Virus record (IMG/VR): IMGVR_UViG_3300029985_000036
Coordinates: 22,570-86,569 of that record
Source: a virus
Strand: one strand, 5' to 3'
DNA: 64,000 bases
Positions 21,366-32,743 of this stretch are shown piece after piece. The notes under the pieces were generated by a model. That model was not told where the DNA came from, ran no database searches, and was given only the letters and a program-made list of their open reading frames with translations. Both the position numbers and the translations under genes were made by a program. How positions within the stretch are numbered: the stretch's first letter is position 1; every line of letters starts with the position of its first letter.

Positions 21366-22254
21366 TATCGACTCCTTTATTTCCATTCGCTTCGACGGTA
21401 AACGTAGCGGCATATCGAACGCCACCAAAGTAGAGAAGAACGGCATCGAGACTTTGAACGTACTCGATACCCCATCGTGAGATGGCCATAGTTTCATCAG
21501 AACAAGCCTGAATTAACATGGGATCAAATGGTATCGCTGCGAGTGTGAAATCAGTAATGTTCAATGTCCGATCATAAGACCGGTTAATGATTTCGTCACT
21601 GAACCGCAAAAGATTGAGATGATAATACCGACATCCGATATAAAAGACAATCTTCAAAGCATTAAGCAGACGCTTGCGTTCTGGTAATCGGAACATCTCA
21701 TCGAGTACTGCAATAGTACGAATGATAGCTTCTGATGATGACACACCACCACGCGGATATGTGGCATTATAATGACACGTCTCAACTACAGCTTCCATAC
21801 TGTCATGCCGCTGAACGCGTGAGTTGTCAGTACGGTTTTGCATTTTTGCAAAATGGTTGAGAGCGTGTACCACTTCACTCGTAAGACATTTGTCATCTCC
21901 AAATGCCTTAACAAGATCACGGGACATCGTGTCTGTGATCAATTTGTAAAGCACTTGAATGTTATACACAATTGAACTATTGGCAAAAGTCTGCAACTGG
22001 TTCTGTTGAAGACGACTGGTGGAAAGAGTTGCACCATATGCCTGTTCCAACACTGAAGTATCAAGATCCAGAGTGCCCATACGATGGCTGTAGAGCTTTA
22101 CCAGACCTGGACTGGGAAATGCAGATTCAGGGACATGACTGAGAAGTTGAATATAGGCATGAACCAGATGAAAAACATCATGGAAATAGCCAGGTTTCGG
22201 AGGATTAATATCCTCTGGCAATTCAAGATATGGAGCCGTAGTTCCCGTTGTCAT
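21358..22254 (-). CDS. Hypothetical (probable virion) protein
   Basis: 298 aa in head-gene operon. Confidence 0.65.
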   Translation of the reverse strand: MTTGTTAPYLELPEDINPPKPGYFHDVFHLVHAYIQLLSHVPESAFPSPGLVKLYSHRMGTLDLDTSVLEQAYGATLSTSRLQQNQLQTFANSSIVYNIQVLYKLITDTMSRDLVKAFGDDKCLTSEVVHALNHFAKMQNRTDNSRVQRHDSMEAVVETCHYNATYPRGGVSSSEAIIRTIAVLDEMFRLPERKRLLNALKIVFYIGCRYYHLNLLRFSDEIINRSYDRTLNITDFTLAAIPFDPMLIQACSDETMAISRWGIEYVQSLDAVLLYFGGVRYAATFTVEANGNKGVDNV

Positions 22255-22261
22255 GGTGTTC

Positions 22262-23245
22262 TCACATCTGCTCGTAGCGGTCGATCAGTGCATCCAGTTT
22301 GGACAACTCGTCACTGTACTTCTGCAAAATCTCTTGTTTGCGAAGATATTCAGTAGACTGAGGATCCATCCGATCTGCATCCATCTGCAATACAACCAGT
22401 TTTGCCTGTACCCATTCACGCATTGCAATATTGCGCTTATACTTGGCACGAGAAAAATATCCAAAGGCTTCTCGTAAAAAGAGGATGGGCTGAAAAGCAG
22501 AGAATCCCTGCATGAGGTAACGGACACCAGGATAGTCATTAATATTGGCATAACTATCCAAGGTAGCGGCATCTGTATAAATTGAAACATCTCCGGTCTT
22601 GCGTACATTTTGCACGAGATACACAATCCCTCGAGTCGCACCACGGGAGAGAACATCTGTAACAAAATCAGCAACCGTCTTGCTTGAATTTTGAATAACA
22701 GCCATGCGATATGCAGGAGTTCGAATTGGATTATCTGGATTGTTATCCATCTGACCCAAGAAGAAACAGAACCAATCTGCTAGCAGACTTGAAAGATTAA
22801 TAAATCCAAAGATAGCAGCATGCGACAATTTCATCTGATCAAGTGCAATTTCACCATCATCCGTGCCGCCCTTGAATAACAAATCGAAATTGCTACGCAT
22901 GGTTTCATGATCTGCTAACACGATCTTTGTTGCAGCATAAATGCTACTGAAGAATTTAGAAGTTTCCTGTTGACGAGCACTTGAACTGAGTGATTTCACA
23001 TAGAGATCATAGCATTCTCGAGCCACAGTATTGCTTGTAGCACCACGTGTGGATAAAAGTTCTTTCTTGATATATTCAAACAATGCAGGATTGTGCTCAT
23101 ACGAGGAGATCACCAATCGCAAAGTGATGAGATTGTTATCAATCAGATCCAGAACATTGTTCTTATTGACGGGGTCGGCATCCTTGTGACGTTTAAACAT
23201 ATCAGCAAACATAGTGCTGATACTGCGAAAAATATCCATTGACAA
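22262..23245 (-). CDS. Virion head protein (phiKZ gp90-like)
   Basis: 327 aa, C-terminal coiled coil, size and synteny. Confidence 0.6.
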   Translation of the reverse strand: MSMDIFRSISTMFADMFKRHKDADPVNKNNVLDLIDNNLITLRLVISSYEHNPALFEYIKKELLSTRGATSNTVARECYDLYVKSLSSSARQQETSKFFSSIYAATKIVLADHETMRSNFDLLFKGGTDDGEIALDQMKLSHAAIFGFINLSSLLADWFCFFLGQMDNNPDNPIRTPAYRMAVIQNSSKTVADFVTDVLSRGATRGIVYLVQNVRKTGDVSIYTDAATLDSYANINDYPGVRYLMQGFSAFQPILFLREAFGYFSRAKYKRNIAMREWVQAKLVVLQMDADRMDPQSTEYLRKQEILQKYSDELSKLDALIDRYEQM

Positions 23246-23253
23246 TGTCCTTC

Positions 23254-24699
23254 TTAGAATTTAGGCGACCGGCCCTGGCCGAGGGCATTCATGACGGCCA
23301 CAAGGTCGAGACCGCTATCGCCCTTGTTCTTCAGTTTCATCTGATCGAAGGAAAAAGTCGCTTCGTCATCAAGACCGTTGTAATAAAAAGTAACCCGATC
23401 ATAGAGAGTGTCAACAACAACCAAGATCATTGCAAATGAGGTATTGAAAAAACTCTGACGAGATTGTGGGTTGGTAATATCAATACCACTTTCGACTTTT
23501 GCTCGCTGAACTGTTTCACGACTAAAGATCAATACCGAGTTGGCAATGTTGCGTGAACGAGCTGCCTGATCTTTCGTCAAGTTCATAAGAGCACGTCCGC
23601 GACTTGATGTCTGCTTATTAATAGCAGCATCAAGCACTCCCGTTGGATCCATGCGACGAAGCCGTTCCCGCCGAGTGGTAATGTCGCTGAGAGCAACAAG
23701 ATCTTTCCAAAATGAAATCTCACCGGTACGCCACTGCATTACACGTTGAGAAAAAGAAGGAATAATATCTTTACTGATAAAATGAACAGCCAATGCAGAT
23801 GGAATTAGGTATGGCGCTAGTTGAATGAGTAAATTCATTGTTACATTTGATAGAGGATTGTCAGGATTGGTAAGGGTGACTTCAATTACCTTACCTGCAG
23901 GAACATGATTATTACCATCAAGTTCAACTACTTTACCAGTGGCACTTGCTGAAGAAATAGTTCCTGCTGCAATCCCGACATTACGTTTTGCCAGTTTATC
24001 AGCGATTTCCTTTTCAATATCTGCTTTAGCAGCTTCTCGCTTATCTTTAGCAGCTTCTCGTACCGCACGCGCTTCATCAAATTTTGTACGAATGGCATCG
24101 CGGTCGGCCTCTCGGGTTGCACGAGCCAAATCAGCTGCTTCTCGAATCTCATCTCGTTTTTCGTCAGCTAACTTTTTAGCCTCTTCACGAGCGTTCTCAC
24201 GGGTAATACGATCGAGATCTGCTTGTCTTTTTTCCTGATCCTTGATAATATCACGGGCAGTTTTATCTATATCCCGTTGTTCACGATTGCGTTCACGCGT
24301 TTCCCGATCATGACTAGCGATTTGTCGTTCAAATTCATCATCCGCTGCACTGAATGTAGCAGCCACCGACTCGTGGGGTAGCATAGATTCAGTTGCTACC
24401 ACTCGCAACATCGACTGAACGTCACGATCTTTTGTAACAAATCGATTCATCTGCAATGCGGTTAATACAAATGCAGCATATTGAGTATGAACTGTCTTGA
24501 TGACATCAGTAACAATGGGATCTGCATACACAGCTTCGTCAATATAAACTCGACTGGTTATGCACAAAGGTTTAACGTATGACGTCAAACTGACTTGACC
24601 GGCATCCGCGATATCTTTACCACTATCCATTAGAGTATTTACTGTATTGTAGATCGTGGCAACGGAGGCGGCCGTTGCAGCAACTGAAATGGGATCCAT
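23254..24699 (-). CDS. Virion head protein (phiKZ gp89-like) with charged coiled-coil segment
   Basis: SLTSYVKP...SRVYID N-terminus, ATE cleavage-like site, WRTGEISFWKDL. Confidence 0.6.
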   Translation of the reverse strand: MDPISVAATAASVATIYNTVNTLMDSGKDIADAGQVSLTSYVKPLCITSRVYIDEAVYADPIVTDVIKTVHTQYAAFVLTALQMNRFVTKDRDVQSMLRVVATESMLPHESVAATFSAADDEFERQIASHDRETRERNREQRDIDKTARDIIKDQEKRQADLDRITRENAREEAKKLADEKRDEIREAADLARATREADRDAIRTKFDEARAVREAAKDKREAAKADIEKEIADKLAKRNVGIAAGTISSASATGKVVELDGNNHVPAGKVIEVTLTNPDNPLSNVTMNLLIQLAPYLIPSALAVHFISKDIIPSFSQRVMQWRTGEISFWKDLVALSDITTRRERLRRMDPTGVLDAAINKQTSSRGRALMNLTKDQAARSRNIANSVLIFSRETVQRAKVESGIDITNPQSRQSFFNTSFAMILVVVDTLYDRVTFYYNGLDDEATFSFDQMKLKNKGDSGLDLVAVMNALGQGRSPKF

Positions 24700-24881
24700 G
24701 AACTACCACCTTTCTTTTTCTACTAATATATCACTGAAAATAATACTAACGATAGACCATTATCGATGGAATACTATTTTCTTCATGTGAGTATGCCCAA
24801 AACTAATAGGCATCTAAACCATATTATGATTTGGCGCTAGTCTGCGCACTTATTGTCGATGCCACAAAATGGAATGGTAAT

Positions 24882-26030
24882 ATGGCCAATATCCCAACGG
24901 CGACACCTGCTCCAAGTTTAACCGCAGGTGCGGCTGCAATAACAAATTCTTTGTTGGATGCTCAGAGTGCAGCACTGGAGGAATTGTTTTCTCAGGCCAC
25001 TCAACAAACATTCCGTGCAGCAGGTACAGGAAGTTATCTTCAGCAATATCAAACTCTACTATCTCAATTTGATAGGTTTGGCATTAATGCCATGCTACCA
25101 AATCATGAGGTCGTTGGCTTTACATTTATTACCAGACCCAAATTAAATTTCTCAACAACATCCCTTCGACAAGATCGTATTTTGATGATGTTGGATACTC
25201 CAGATCCTGGAACTTTGCAATTTGCAATGCGTTGTTATTTGGACACGTATTATTCAAGTCGGTCTGATGTTCTACAAGTGGCTGCGAAATGTCCATTCTT
25301 CAATTCACAATCTCCTTTTTTAATTCCACTGTCAAACAATCTACTTTCTGTATCGGGATGGCCAGATCCAGTCATCGAAACTGAAACGACTGATGGTGGA
25401 TTTTTCAGTGAAGATATGACCATGGCTAAAGGTTCAGATCGACTGAATAAAACCTATGATATCACGTTGACATTTCGTGATATTCAAGGTGGATTTATTA
25501 TATCCATGTTGTGGATGTGGATCCATTATATCGAGTTAGTTGTTCGTGGTGATACCACTGCGTATCCTGAAGATATTGCTGCACGTCGGATAAATTATAC
25601 GTGTTCAATCTATCGTTTTGTAATGGATCCATCTCGTCAATTTATTACGAAATGGTCAAAAGCAACTGGTTGTTTTCCACGATCTGTGCCTATCGGTAAT
25701 ATCTTTAATTTCGGTGAACGAGAAAACTTTATCAAAAGTGCTGAACAATATTCAGTTCCATTCACTGTAAATAAAGTTGAAATCATGGATCCCATTATCT
25801 TTCGGGATTTTAACACAATTGTTAAACGATATTATCCGTTTGCTGGTAATCCAACTTCAGTTATAGCAGGAATGCAGGCACAAGACAATTTCATGGGTAT
25901 TCCTTATATCGATACATTAGGCGGTTTTAATAAATTGAATTTCTTGTTGGATCCAGGTACCACAGTAAAGGATCCCTTTATGGAAACACTGAAGCAGCTG
26001 AATGCTGCATATTTGGCAACACAGGCTTAG
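24882..26030 (+). CDS. Virion structural protein (phiKZ gp88-like, tail tube/baseplate related)
   Basis: FITRPKLN, SVSGWPD, YTCSIYRFVMD, GCFP motifs; divergent from gp89-like gene. Confidence 0.6.
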   Translation: MANIPTATPAPSLTAGAAAITNSLLDAQSAALEELFSQATQQTFRAAGTGSYLQQYQTLLSQFDRFGINAMLPNHEVVGFTFITRPKLNFSTTSLRQDRILMMLDTPDPGTLQFAMRCYLDTYYSSRSDVLQVAAKCPFFNSQSPFLIPLSNNLLSVSGWPDPVIETETTDGGFFSEDMTMAKGSDRLNKTYDITLTFRDIQGGFIISMLWMWIHYIELVVRGDTTAYPEDIAARRINYTCSIYRFVMDPSRQFITKWSKATGCFPRSVPIGNIFNFGERENFIKSAEQYSVPFTVNKVEIMDPIIFRDFNTIVKRYYPFAGNPTSVIAGMQAQDNFMGIPYIDTLGGFNKLNFLLDPGTTVKDPFMETLKQLNAAYLATQA

Positions 26031-26055
26031 AACTTGATCAGGAGAATAAGTTTCC

Positions 26056-29019
26056 ATGTTTGAAGATACAACACTCGCCTCATCAATTCTAGTAAATCCC
26101 GCTTCTGTGCAGAGTTTAGTGTTAACTGAATTTCAGAATCGCCTTGGTGGCACATATTCAGTTGCAGATCCAAACAATAGTTTCAATCTGTTACTGGAAG
26201 CCAGTTCTTCTATGAATGCACAATCTGTGCGATGGATGGAATCACAGTTTGATGCCCAATATGCAGTTCGTGCCACAACAAGTGCAGAACTTTACAACAA
26301 CATGTCAGATTTTGACTATCTGAGTATGGTAGCAGGACCTTCTATTACAACACTGAATCTTACCTTCAATGTAGATTATTTAATTGCAAATGCTGCAAAT
26401 TATAATACATTCTACAATCGAGTTACTATTCCTGTATGGACACAATTCACAGTTGGTCCGCTAACATTTGGTATCTATTATCCAATCAACATCGATATTA
26501 ACATCATTACCAATAGCATCAATGTTTTATGGGATACAACGACCAATAATCCTCTCAAACCACTAACTACCAATATGGTTCCATTTGTACAGTATAGTAG
26601 TGGCGGACTTAATCTTATTACTTTGACAATTCCAGTGGCTCAGTTTGCCACAGCAACCCAGACGTATCCTGTGGTGGCACAACAAGGATTCATTAAATCC
26701 ATTAGTTATGCCAATCAGTTCTATGCAGCCCGGGTATTTACCAATCTACCTTCTGGTACTTGGACTGAACTGGCATATACCTTATCTGAGACAGTTTATG
26801 ATCCTACAAATCCAACCGCAAAATTTGTTATTCAAAATGATACCAATATTCTTACTGTAAGTATTCCTCAGATTTACTTTACCAATGGTCAAATTGGTAA
26901 CCAAGTTCAAGTGGTTATTTATACTACGATGGGTGCTATTTCTATTGATTTGACAAGTGTCGAAGTATCCAGTTGTAACTGTGACTTTGGTCTAGGTAAT
27001 ATGGGAGTTAGTCCCAATGCTTTGATTCTGTCAAATCTAGCAACTATCGATTTGACACCAGCCGAAGTTACTATCACAGGTGGCTCTAGCGCATTAAGTT
27101 TTGCAGAGTTGCGAAATCTCGTTGTTAATGGGGGTCTGTACACATCAGTTCCTGTGACACCAGCTGAACTTACAGCTTATGCAGCCAAGCAGGGATTTTC
27201 AATTACCAAATATATTGACAATGTGACTGATCGTATTTACTATGCATCCAACACTATCAGTGGTGGACAAAATGGTTACATCATGGTAACGACAGCTACA
27301 ATTTCAGTACAACTTCCTTCAACAAATGGATTGTCTTCAAATTCTACTCTTCCTTCAACGGTCCTCAATTCGACACTACCTTCAACTATTCTTAATTTTT
27401 CATCTGAAAATGCTGTTACAATATTACCCACAACAATCTATTCGTATAATGCTCTGACCAATATCTGTACACCCCTAACAGATACTGCAGTGTCGGTTTT
27501 AACTGGAATGGCAAAACCTGCATTTGCGACAGAAGTCAATACCAATACTTATACACAATGTCCATTTCATATTGTTACTTATACCGGATCACAATATCCA
27601 CTGACCAAAAGTTTTGATTTAATGAATCCTACAGCAAGTACAATTCGGTACATTGCAGACAATGTCAATCTGACACCACAAATGTCAATTGTTTCCGCTG
27701 CTGTAATTCATAATGGTAATGGAACTCTTGGATACACATTACGTCTTGGTGTTACCAAAACAACAACCATGGCAACCATTGCAGAAAGTAACATCACAGT
27801 TTATCTGTCTGCAAATGACATAAATGGTGATACTTTTTATGGCGTAGCCACACTGAGCGGAACGGCTTCAACCAGTAACTTATATGTGTATGAACTTGCC
27901 ATTCCAACTACGTATTATATTTCACAACAAGATACCTTCCGTTCTTCGATGTTGACCTTTACAGGAAATGGGCTGACAACAATCGATATTTCATTGGCCA
28001 CTACATTTACAATCACATGTTTGATTGCACCCACTCTGTATCCAACAGTTCCTCAAAATATGAATTTGATGAATAACATTGCCGCACCTTATAATCAATT
28101 GTTGGGGGTATGTCAACAACAACTTGATGTTGTATTTGGTATGGATCTTTCCTCTCATCTGTACAATACTACAAATGCACTCTGGTCTTCAACGACATAT
28201 GCCGCATGGCCAACAAATGTTTATCAGACATATCCAGAAGATGTCTATGCCAAAGATCCCACAACTGGAGGGTTGGTGTATACTATTTCAGGAACACCAC
28301 CTGCTGTACATCTGACAAAACTACATAGTCAAGGAGATCAGATTCTTGATAGTAGTAACAATCCAATTTTATTATATGCAGCAGGAACACCTAAACTTGA
28401 TTCTTTAGGTAATCCTATTGTTTTAAACAACACAGCTCGTCAGTTAAACTATTATGTTTCTAGCATGATGTTTGACATGCGATTGTTTTACAGCAGTAAC
28501 ACAGCAGATGTTGCATTTGTTAAAAATCTGACCAATCAACTTCTGTCTTATTTTACAACATTAACGACAGTTCAAGGAAATCTCCTGGAACAAACGAGTC
28601 TGTATTATAAACCCAATAACACCATGGGCGTGGCAACATTCAGTTCAGGTAACAATACTCCACTTTCTCTGAATCTTGGATTTAGTTTTTCCTTTGTGGC
28701 TTATGTTTCTCAAGCAACCATAGACAATCCTGCATTGACAGCTGCGATTGTTGCTGACATCACGAGTATCACACAAACAGAAATGACAAAATCTATTATT
28801 TCACTAACAGAAATTGCAGATACCATTCGGTCACAACTGGTTGATACAATTATTAGCATTGACATTGAAGGTATTGATAATACCATGTCTTTACAAACTG
28901 TGATTGTTCCGGCTGGAACAACAAATCCAATTGTTGGTCAACAACTTGTTTATAGTAGTGCGACAGATTCTCTTACTCTAGGATCGAATATAACGATCCG
29001 ATTTGAATTGGCAGCATAA
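26056..29019 (+). CDS. Baseplate wedge-like virion protein (phiKZ gp87-like)
   Basis: 987 aa, DPNNSFNLLLE, LYNNMSDFDY, YTTMG, TGGS, DNVTDRIY. Confidence 0.65.
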   Translation: MFEDTTLASSILVNPASVQSLVLTEFQNRLGGTYSVADPNNSFNLLLEASSSMNAQSVRWMESQFDAQYAVRATTSAELYNNMSDFDYLSMVAGPSITTLNLTFNVDYLIANAANYNTFYNRVTIPVWTQFTVGPLTFGIYYPINIDINIITNSINVLWDTTTNNPLKPLTTNMVPFVQYSSGGLNLITLTIPVAQFATATQTYPVVAQQGFIKSISYANQFYAARVFTNLPSGTWTELAYTLSETVYDPTNPTAKFVIQNDTNILTVSIPQIYFTNGQIGNQVQVVIYTTMGAISIDLTSVEVSSCNCDFGLGNMGVSPNALILSNLATIDLTPAEVTITGGSSALSFAELRNLVVNGGLYTSVPVTPAELTAYAAKQGFSITKYIDNVTDRIYYASNTISGGQNGYIMVTTATISVQLPSTNGLSSNSTLPSTVLNSTLPSTILNFSSENAVTILPTTIYSYNALTNICTPLTDTAVSVLTGMAKPAFATEVNTNTYTQCPFHIVTYTGSQYPLTKSFDLMNPTASTIRYIADNVNLTPQMSIVSAAVIHNGNGTLGYTLRLGVTKTTTMATIAESNITVYLSANDINGDTFYGVATLSGTASTSNLYVYELAIPTTYYISQQDTFRSSMLTFTGNGLTTIDISLATTFTITCLIAPTLYPTVPQNMNLMNNIAAPYNQLLGVCQQQLDVVFGMDLSSHLYNTTNALWSSTTYAAWPTNVYQTYPEDVYAKDPTTGGLVYTISGTPPAVHLTKLHSQGDQILDSSNNPILLYAAGTPKLDSLGNPIVLNNTARQLNYYVSSMMFDMRLFYSSNTADVAFVKNLTNQLLSYFTTLTTVQGNLLEQTSLYYKPNNTMGVATFSSGNNTPLSLNLGFSFSFVAYVSQATIDNPALTAAIVADITSITQTEMTKSIISLTEIADTIRSQLVDTIISIDIEGIDNTMSLQTVIVPAGTTNPIVGQQLVYSSATDSLTLGSNITIRFELAA

Positions 29020-29026
29020 CAATACC

Positions 29027-29060
29027 CTAAGATGCTTCCCTGTGAGGGGAAGCATCTTAG
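29027..29060. terminator. Bidirectional hairpin terminator
   Basis: CTAAGATGCTTCCC...GGGAAGCATCTTAG between convergent genes. Confidence 0.7.
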
Positions 29061-29074
29061 TAATATGTCGTTTA

Positions 29075-30625
29075 TCAAGCAGCAAGTTTGGTGGCAAATC
29101 GTTTGGTTAACATAGTCAATACGGTATCTACAACAGCAGCACAAGTTGCCTGCGCCACTTCAACTTTACCGATATCGGTATGTTGTTTTACCGCCACTGT
29201 AAGTTCTGCATTGACTGCTTTGAAGAGAGTTTTGGTCATCGGATTGTCACGCATGGCAACCAGATATTCCAATGCAACATCTTCAAGGGGTTTCTGTGGC
29301 AACAGAACAAGTGAGCGCTGACGTTGCGCTTCGTGAGTATCTGTATTGTATTTTGCAGCATGCTTCCCACTCTTCAGCATCGTCTCATTATACTGATCGA
29401 GATGATGTACAAGTGTGTTCTGCAAGGCAGTTGCACGACTTGCGGCCGCTCGTTCCTGTAAAAGTGCAGATTTCTCACGTACCATTTTTTCAGTTCGAGG
29501 ATGCATACTGCGAATCGTTTCAGCAGACTGTCCTGTTGGTGGAATAGTGATGTGATCATTTAACTGAATATAGGAAAGATAATCATGGATCATATTTTCC
29601 GTCCCACCATCGAGTACGAATTGATCCAAAACAGATTTCTGAACAACACGTGGCGTCAGCAAGAGACGATCTGCCAGAGCTTTGTCTTTTGGCCAAATCA
29701 TGGCCGCCCGCAACAGTTTAATGTTAGCCGAGACAGTTTCAATGTTGTGCAGAATGTTATCAGCAACAGTTGAACTATCGGCCCCAACGTTCGTTAGCAT
29801 CGATGCACTTACCGTCTGCAATAAATTTTCGATTGCATCAATCTGAGTCGTCACGGCAACCACAGAGGTACCAAGATTCTTCTCAGTAAGTGTAGCTCGT
29901 GCAGTAAGTGCCCATTTACGATAGGCAATCGGAGACAGAATGATATCTGCAACTAGAGCATGTTGATTGTTCTCTGGAGACGCTGTTTCCAGAGCAGTTA
30001 CCAACAACGGTCGAATCGTAGCATCATTTGGAATAGCTTTGTTATCTCCAAAGGGCAACGCATGCAGAATCTTATCAGTATCATACGACTGTGTAGTATC
30101 CTTTTTGAAGCAATGTAGGCGATCTTGTGCAAACAACATCGCGGTAGAACGTACTGACTCTGAGTTCAGTTTGCCCCAAGAGAATTGTTGTAGTTCTGCT
30201 GCAGGACTGAAAGCAATTGCTTCTGGTATACGACTGGTGATAGTAGCAGCCATCTCATTGGCTTCTTTTGGAAGTGCTATGCGAAGATCGTACAGCGGAG
30301 TGGTGAGCTGTGCACTAATCCCACTGGCCATCTGATTCATCAGTTCCACCACCATTTCATCATCCTGACATAGAACAGGATACTGATCATGGAGTGCCGT
30401 AGCATCCATCTTTGGAGTATCACAGGCCGAGAGAAGTCGTTCTACACACAAACCCAAATCGTTGTTTGCCATGTAGCGAAATTTCGGATGTTGTGCTAAT
30501 CGTTCTGTGACAAGATCACTGATCTGAGTGGTTGAAAGAGGCTTCGACGCGCTGGACAACAGCGTGACGATCCGGGTTAATAGGTCATGTGTAACATTTA
30601 TCGTCATCGAGTTGCGCAATGTCAT
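29075..30625 (-). CDS. Probable virion protein
   Basis: 516 aa helical ORF, GAGG RBS, within structural cluster. Confidence 0.65.
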   Translation of the reverse strand: MTLRNSMTINVTHDLLTRIVTLLSSASKPLSTTQISDLVTERLAQHPKFRYMANNDLGLCVERLLSACDTPKMDATALHDQYPVLCQDDEMVVELMNQMASGISAQLTTPLYDLRIALPKEANEMAATITSRIPEAIAFSPAAELQQFSWGKLNSESVRSTAMLFAQDRLHCFKKDTTQSYDTDKILHALPFGDNKAIPNDATIRPLLVTALETASPENNQHALVADIILSPIAYRKWALTARATLTEKNLGTSVVAVTTQIDAIENLLQTVSASMLTNVGADSSTVADNILHNIETVSANIKLLRAAMIWPKDKALADRLLLTPRVVQKSVLDQFVLDGGTENMIHDYLSYIQLNDHITIPPTGQSAETIRSMHPRTEKMVREKSALLQERAAASRATALQNTLVHHLDQYNETMLKSGKHAAKYNTDTHEAQRQRSLVLLPQKPLEDVALEYLVAMRDNPMTKTLFKAVNAELTVAVKQHTDIGKVEVAQATCAAVVDTVLTMLTKRFATKLAA

Positions 30626-30667
30626 ATCTACCTCGTGTAGGTCATAAAATGGGGTTCCATAGAATGA

Positions 30668-30704
30668 CCACAGGGAACCACTTGTTATCTGAGGTTCCCT
30701 GTGG
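30668..30704 (-). terminator. Hairpin terminator
   Basis: CCACAGGGAACC...GGTTCCCTGTGG. Confidence 0.6.
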
Positions 30705-30712
30705 AATAAAGA

Positions 30713-32722
30713 TCACTTCTTGTTAGGAAGTCTGATACTTGGAACGAATCGTGACAACATTCTTGCAGGAAATGTATTACCCAACTGAGTTCCCCAGTAA
30801 GCACTACTAAACTTAGTTTCCATAAGTTGACCCAGTAGATAATTAGCTTTTCGTTTCAACTGACGATACCCTGTTAAACGATCTGCAATTCCCATACCGG
30901 ATAACGTCAGAAGATATTCTTGAAAATTACTGTTGGCACCAAATGCCTCATTAATTGCCGATTTTGTATCCCCGGTTCCAATTGCAGTATACATAACAGG
31001 AGATAAATCTTTAATCTCAAAACTGATGTCAATACAAGTGGGTAGAAAACCAGACGTCCACCCAAACTGATCAGCACCTCGTTTGACTGATATACTGGTA
31101 ATCATACCAAGTGGAACTGCAAACATACCTTTACAATATGCTCTACATATAAAAGGCGAGGTATATGCAGCAGCGCCAATGCCACGCGGTAACCCACCGG
31201 CGAGTATCAGTGCCAGTGGAATATACTGGCACTGAAGAATCGAATAAGGATCTCCGTATGGAGGTCTGAGGCTCATGTTAAAATGATAACTTTTACTGAA
31301 ACTACTGCTTTTCCAAACTTCTGGAAAATCGAGATTTCCGTTACCGGCTAACACTGTTGCAAGAGAAGCCGTTTCTGTTGAAAAGGCCGTAGCACTTTTA
31401 AGCGCCGCACCAATTGCTCCAATGATGCTATCAATACCAGCAATACCAGTTTGACCATTTGCAGTACCAAATTTTCTATCTTGAGCCGACTGTGCCGTTT
31501 GATTTGCAGCAGATGCAATACTGGATTCACCCGTTTCGTTTGAAAAAGATTCTGATGTATCAACCCCCTTTTCAACACGAAATCCTACAAAAAGTGAAGC
31601 ATCATACAACTGATTTTCAAATTCTGTAATAAAGTTTTTTAGAAACCCACCATTTTCATCGATAACGGTAGCATCTGCAGTTTGTTTAAGGAGTGCATCA
31701 TCGCTACTCTCAGCAGTTTTCGGATCAAAGCCTGTCATATACTGATATTTTTTGAGAAAAATTCGATATATATCAAACCCATATTTTTGAAAAATGTCAG
31801 GTAGTCCCGCGGTACTGGTGCCATTATTTGTCTGGATTGCACGAGCCAGCTGTTCTGCAGGCGTTAAATTCGAAATAGTCCCACCTGCTGACTGTGATGA
31901 ATTTGAATCTAAATAACCGTCTTTGGATAAACCCATATTAATTGTTAAGTGGAGAACAATCGAATTGACACATCTATAATAGAGAGGCATTGTCGATTTG
32001 AATTCATAATATTTGGTAATTTTAGTATCTGTAATTTTATTACCAAGATCAGTAAGAAAAGCCAGTGGAACTGGTGGTATGCTAATAAATGCACCAACCA
32101 CGGATCCTACTAATGATCCGATGGCAGTTGATGAAATTCCACTGTTCATCAGAGTTGCCAAATTTTGTTCAATGGCTGTACCATAAAAAGTAGTAAGATT
32201 ATTATACTTCGGTACTCCGAATGTAAGGTACAGAATTTGCTGTTGGTCATCATACATTTCACTGTATACACGACCCATACCCGAGTGTTCCGTATTACCC
32301 TGGCCATTAACAACTAAAAAAGGATGTTCTGCAACATCATCGGTTTCATTGAATTGGGGATAACAATTAATAGCATCGTTTCCACCAATGGACGTATCAC
32401 GACATTTTCCTTTGGTGTAATAAATAGGAAGTGTTGATTCTGGACTACTAGCGGGTCCGATATTGTTAAGAATGTTTATCATTGCTGGATCAAGGGCGGG
32501 CGCAGCCATAGTTCCAACTGCACTTGCCTTTCCAGTATGATCCCCAGGATCATCGTTTTGAGCCATATATGCCATAATTGCAGCATAACTAACGAAGTCA
32601 CCGTTTATATCAGTGACTCCATTAGCAAGACTTGGTGCCAATGTTACTGTAAAAATGTTCTTAATAAATGTAGCATCATCAAGAACATTTGGTGAATTTC
32701 CAGTGATGGTACCTGTGGTCAT
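30713..32722 (-). CDS. Tail tip/baseplate protein (phiKZ gp182-like)
   Basis: 669 aa directly downstream of tape measure; DTSIGGN, GMGRVYSE, FPEVWKSS, YTSPF motifs. Confidence 0.7.
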   Translation of the reverse strand: MTTGTITGNSPNVLDDATFIKNIFTVTLAPSLANGVTDINGDFVSYAAIMAYMAQNDDPGDHTGKASAVGTMAAPALDPAMINILNNIGPASSPESTLPIYYTKGKCRDTSIGGNDAINCYPQFNETDDVAEHPFLVVNGQGNTEHSGMGRVYSEMYDDQQQILYLTFGVPKYNNLTTFYGTAIEQNLATLMNSGISSTAIGSLVGSVVGAFISIPPVPLAFLTDLGNKITDTKITKYYEFKSTMPLYYRCVNSIVLHLTINMGLSKDGYLDSNSSQSAGGTISNLTPAEQLARAIQTNNGTSTAGLPDIFQKYGFDIYRIFLKKYQYMTGFDPKTAESSDDALLKQTADATVIDENGGFLKNFITEFENQLYDASLFVGFRVEKGVDTSESFSNETGESSIASAANQTAQSAQDRKFGTANGQTGIAGIDSIIGAIGAALKSATAFSTETASLATVLAGNGNLDFPEVWKSSSFSKSYHFNMSLRPPYGDPYSILQCQYIPLALILAGGLPRGIGAAAYTSPFICRAYCKGMFAVPLGMITSISVKRGADQFGWTSGFLPTCIDISFEIKDLSPVMYTAIGTGDTKSAINEAFGANSNFQEYLLTLSGMGIADRLTGYRQLKRKANYLLGQLMETKFSSAYWGTQLGNTFPARMLSRFVPSIRLPNKK

Positions 32723-32743
32723 AAAACAACTCCAATGTCAAAA

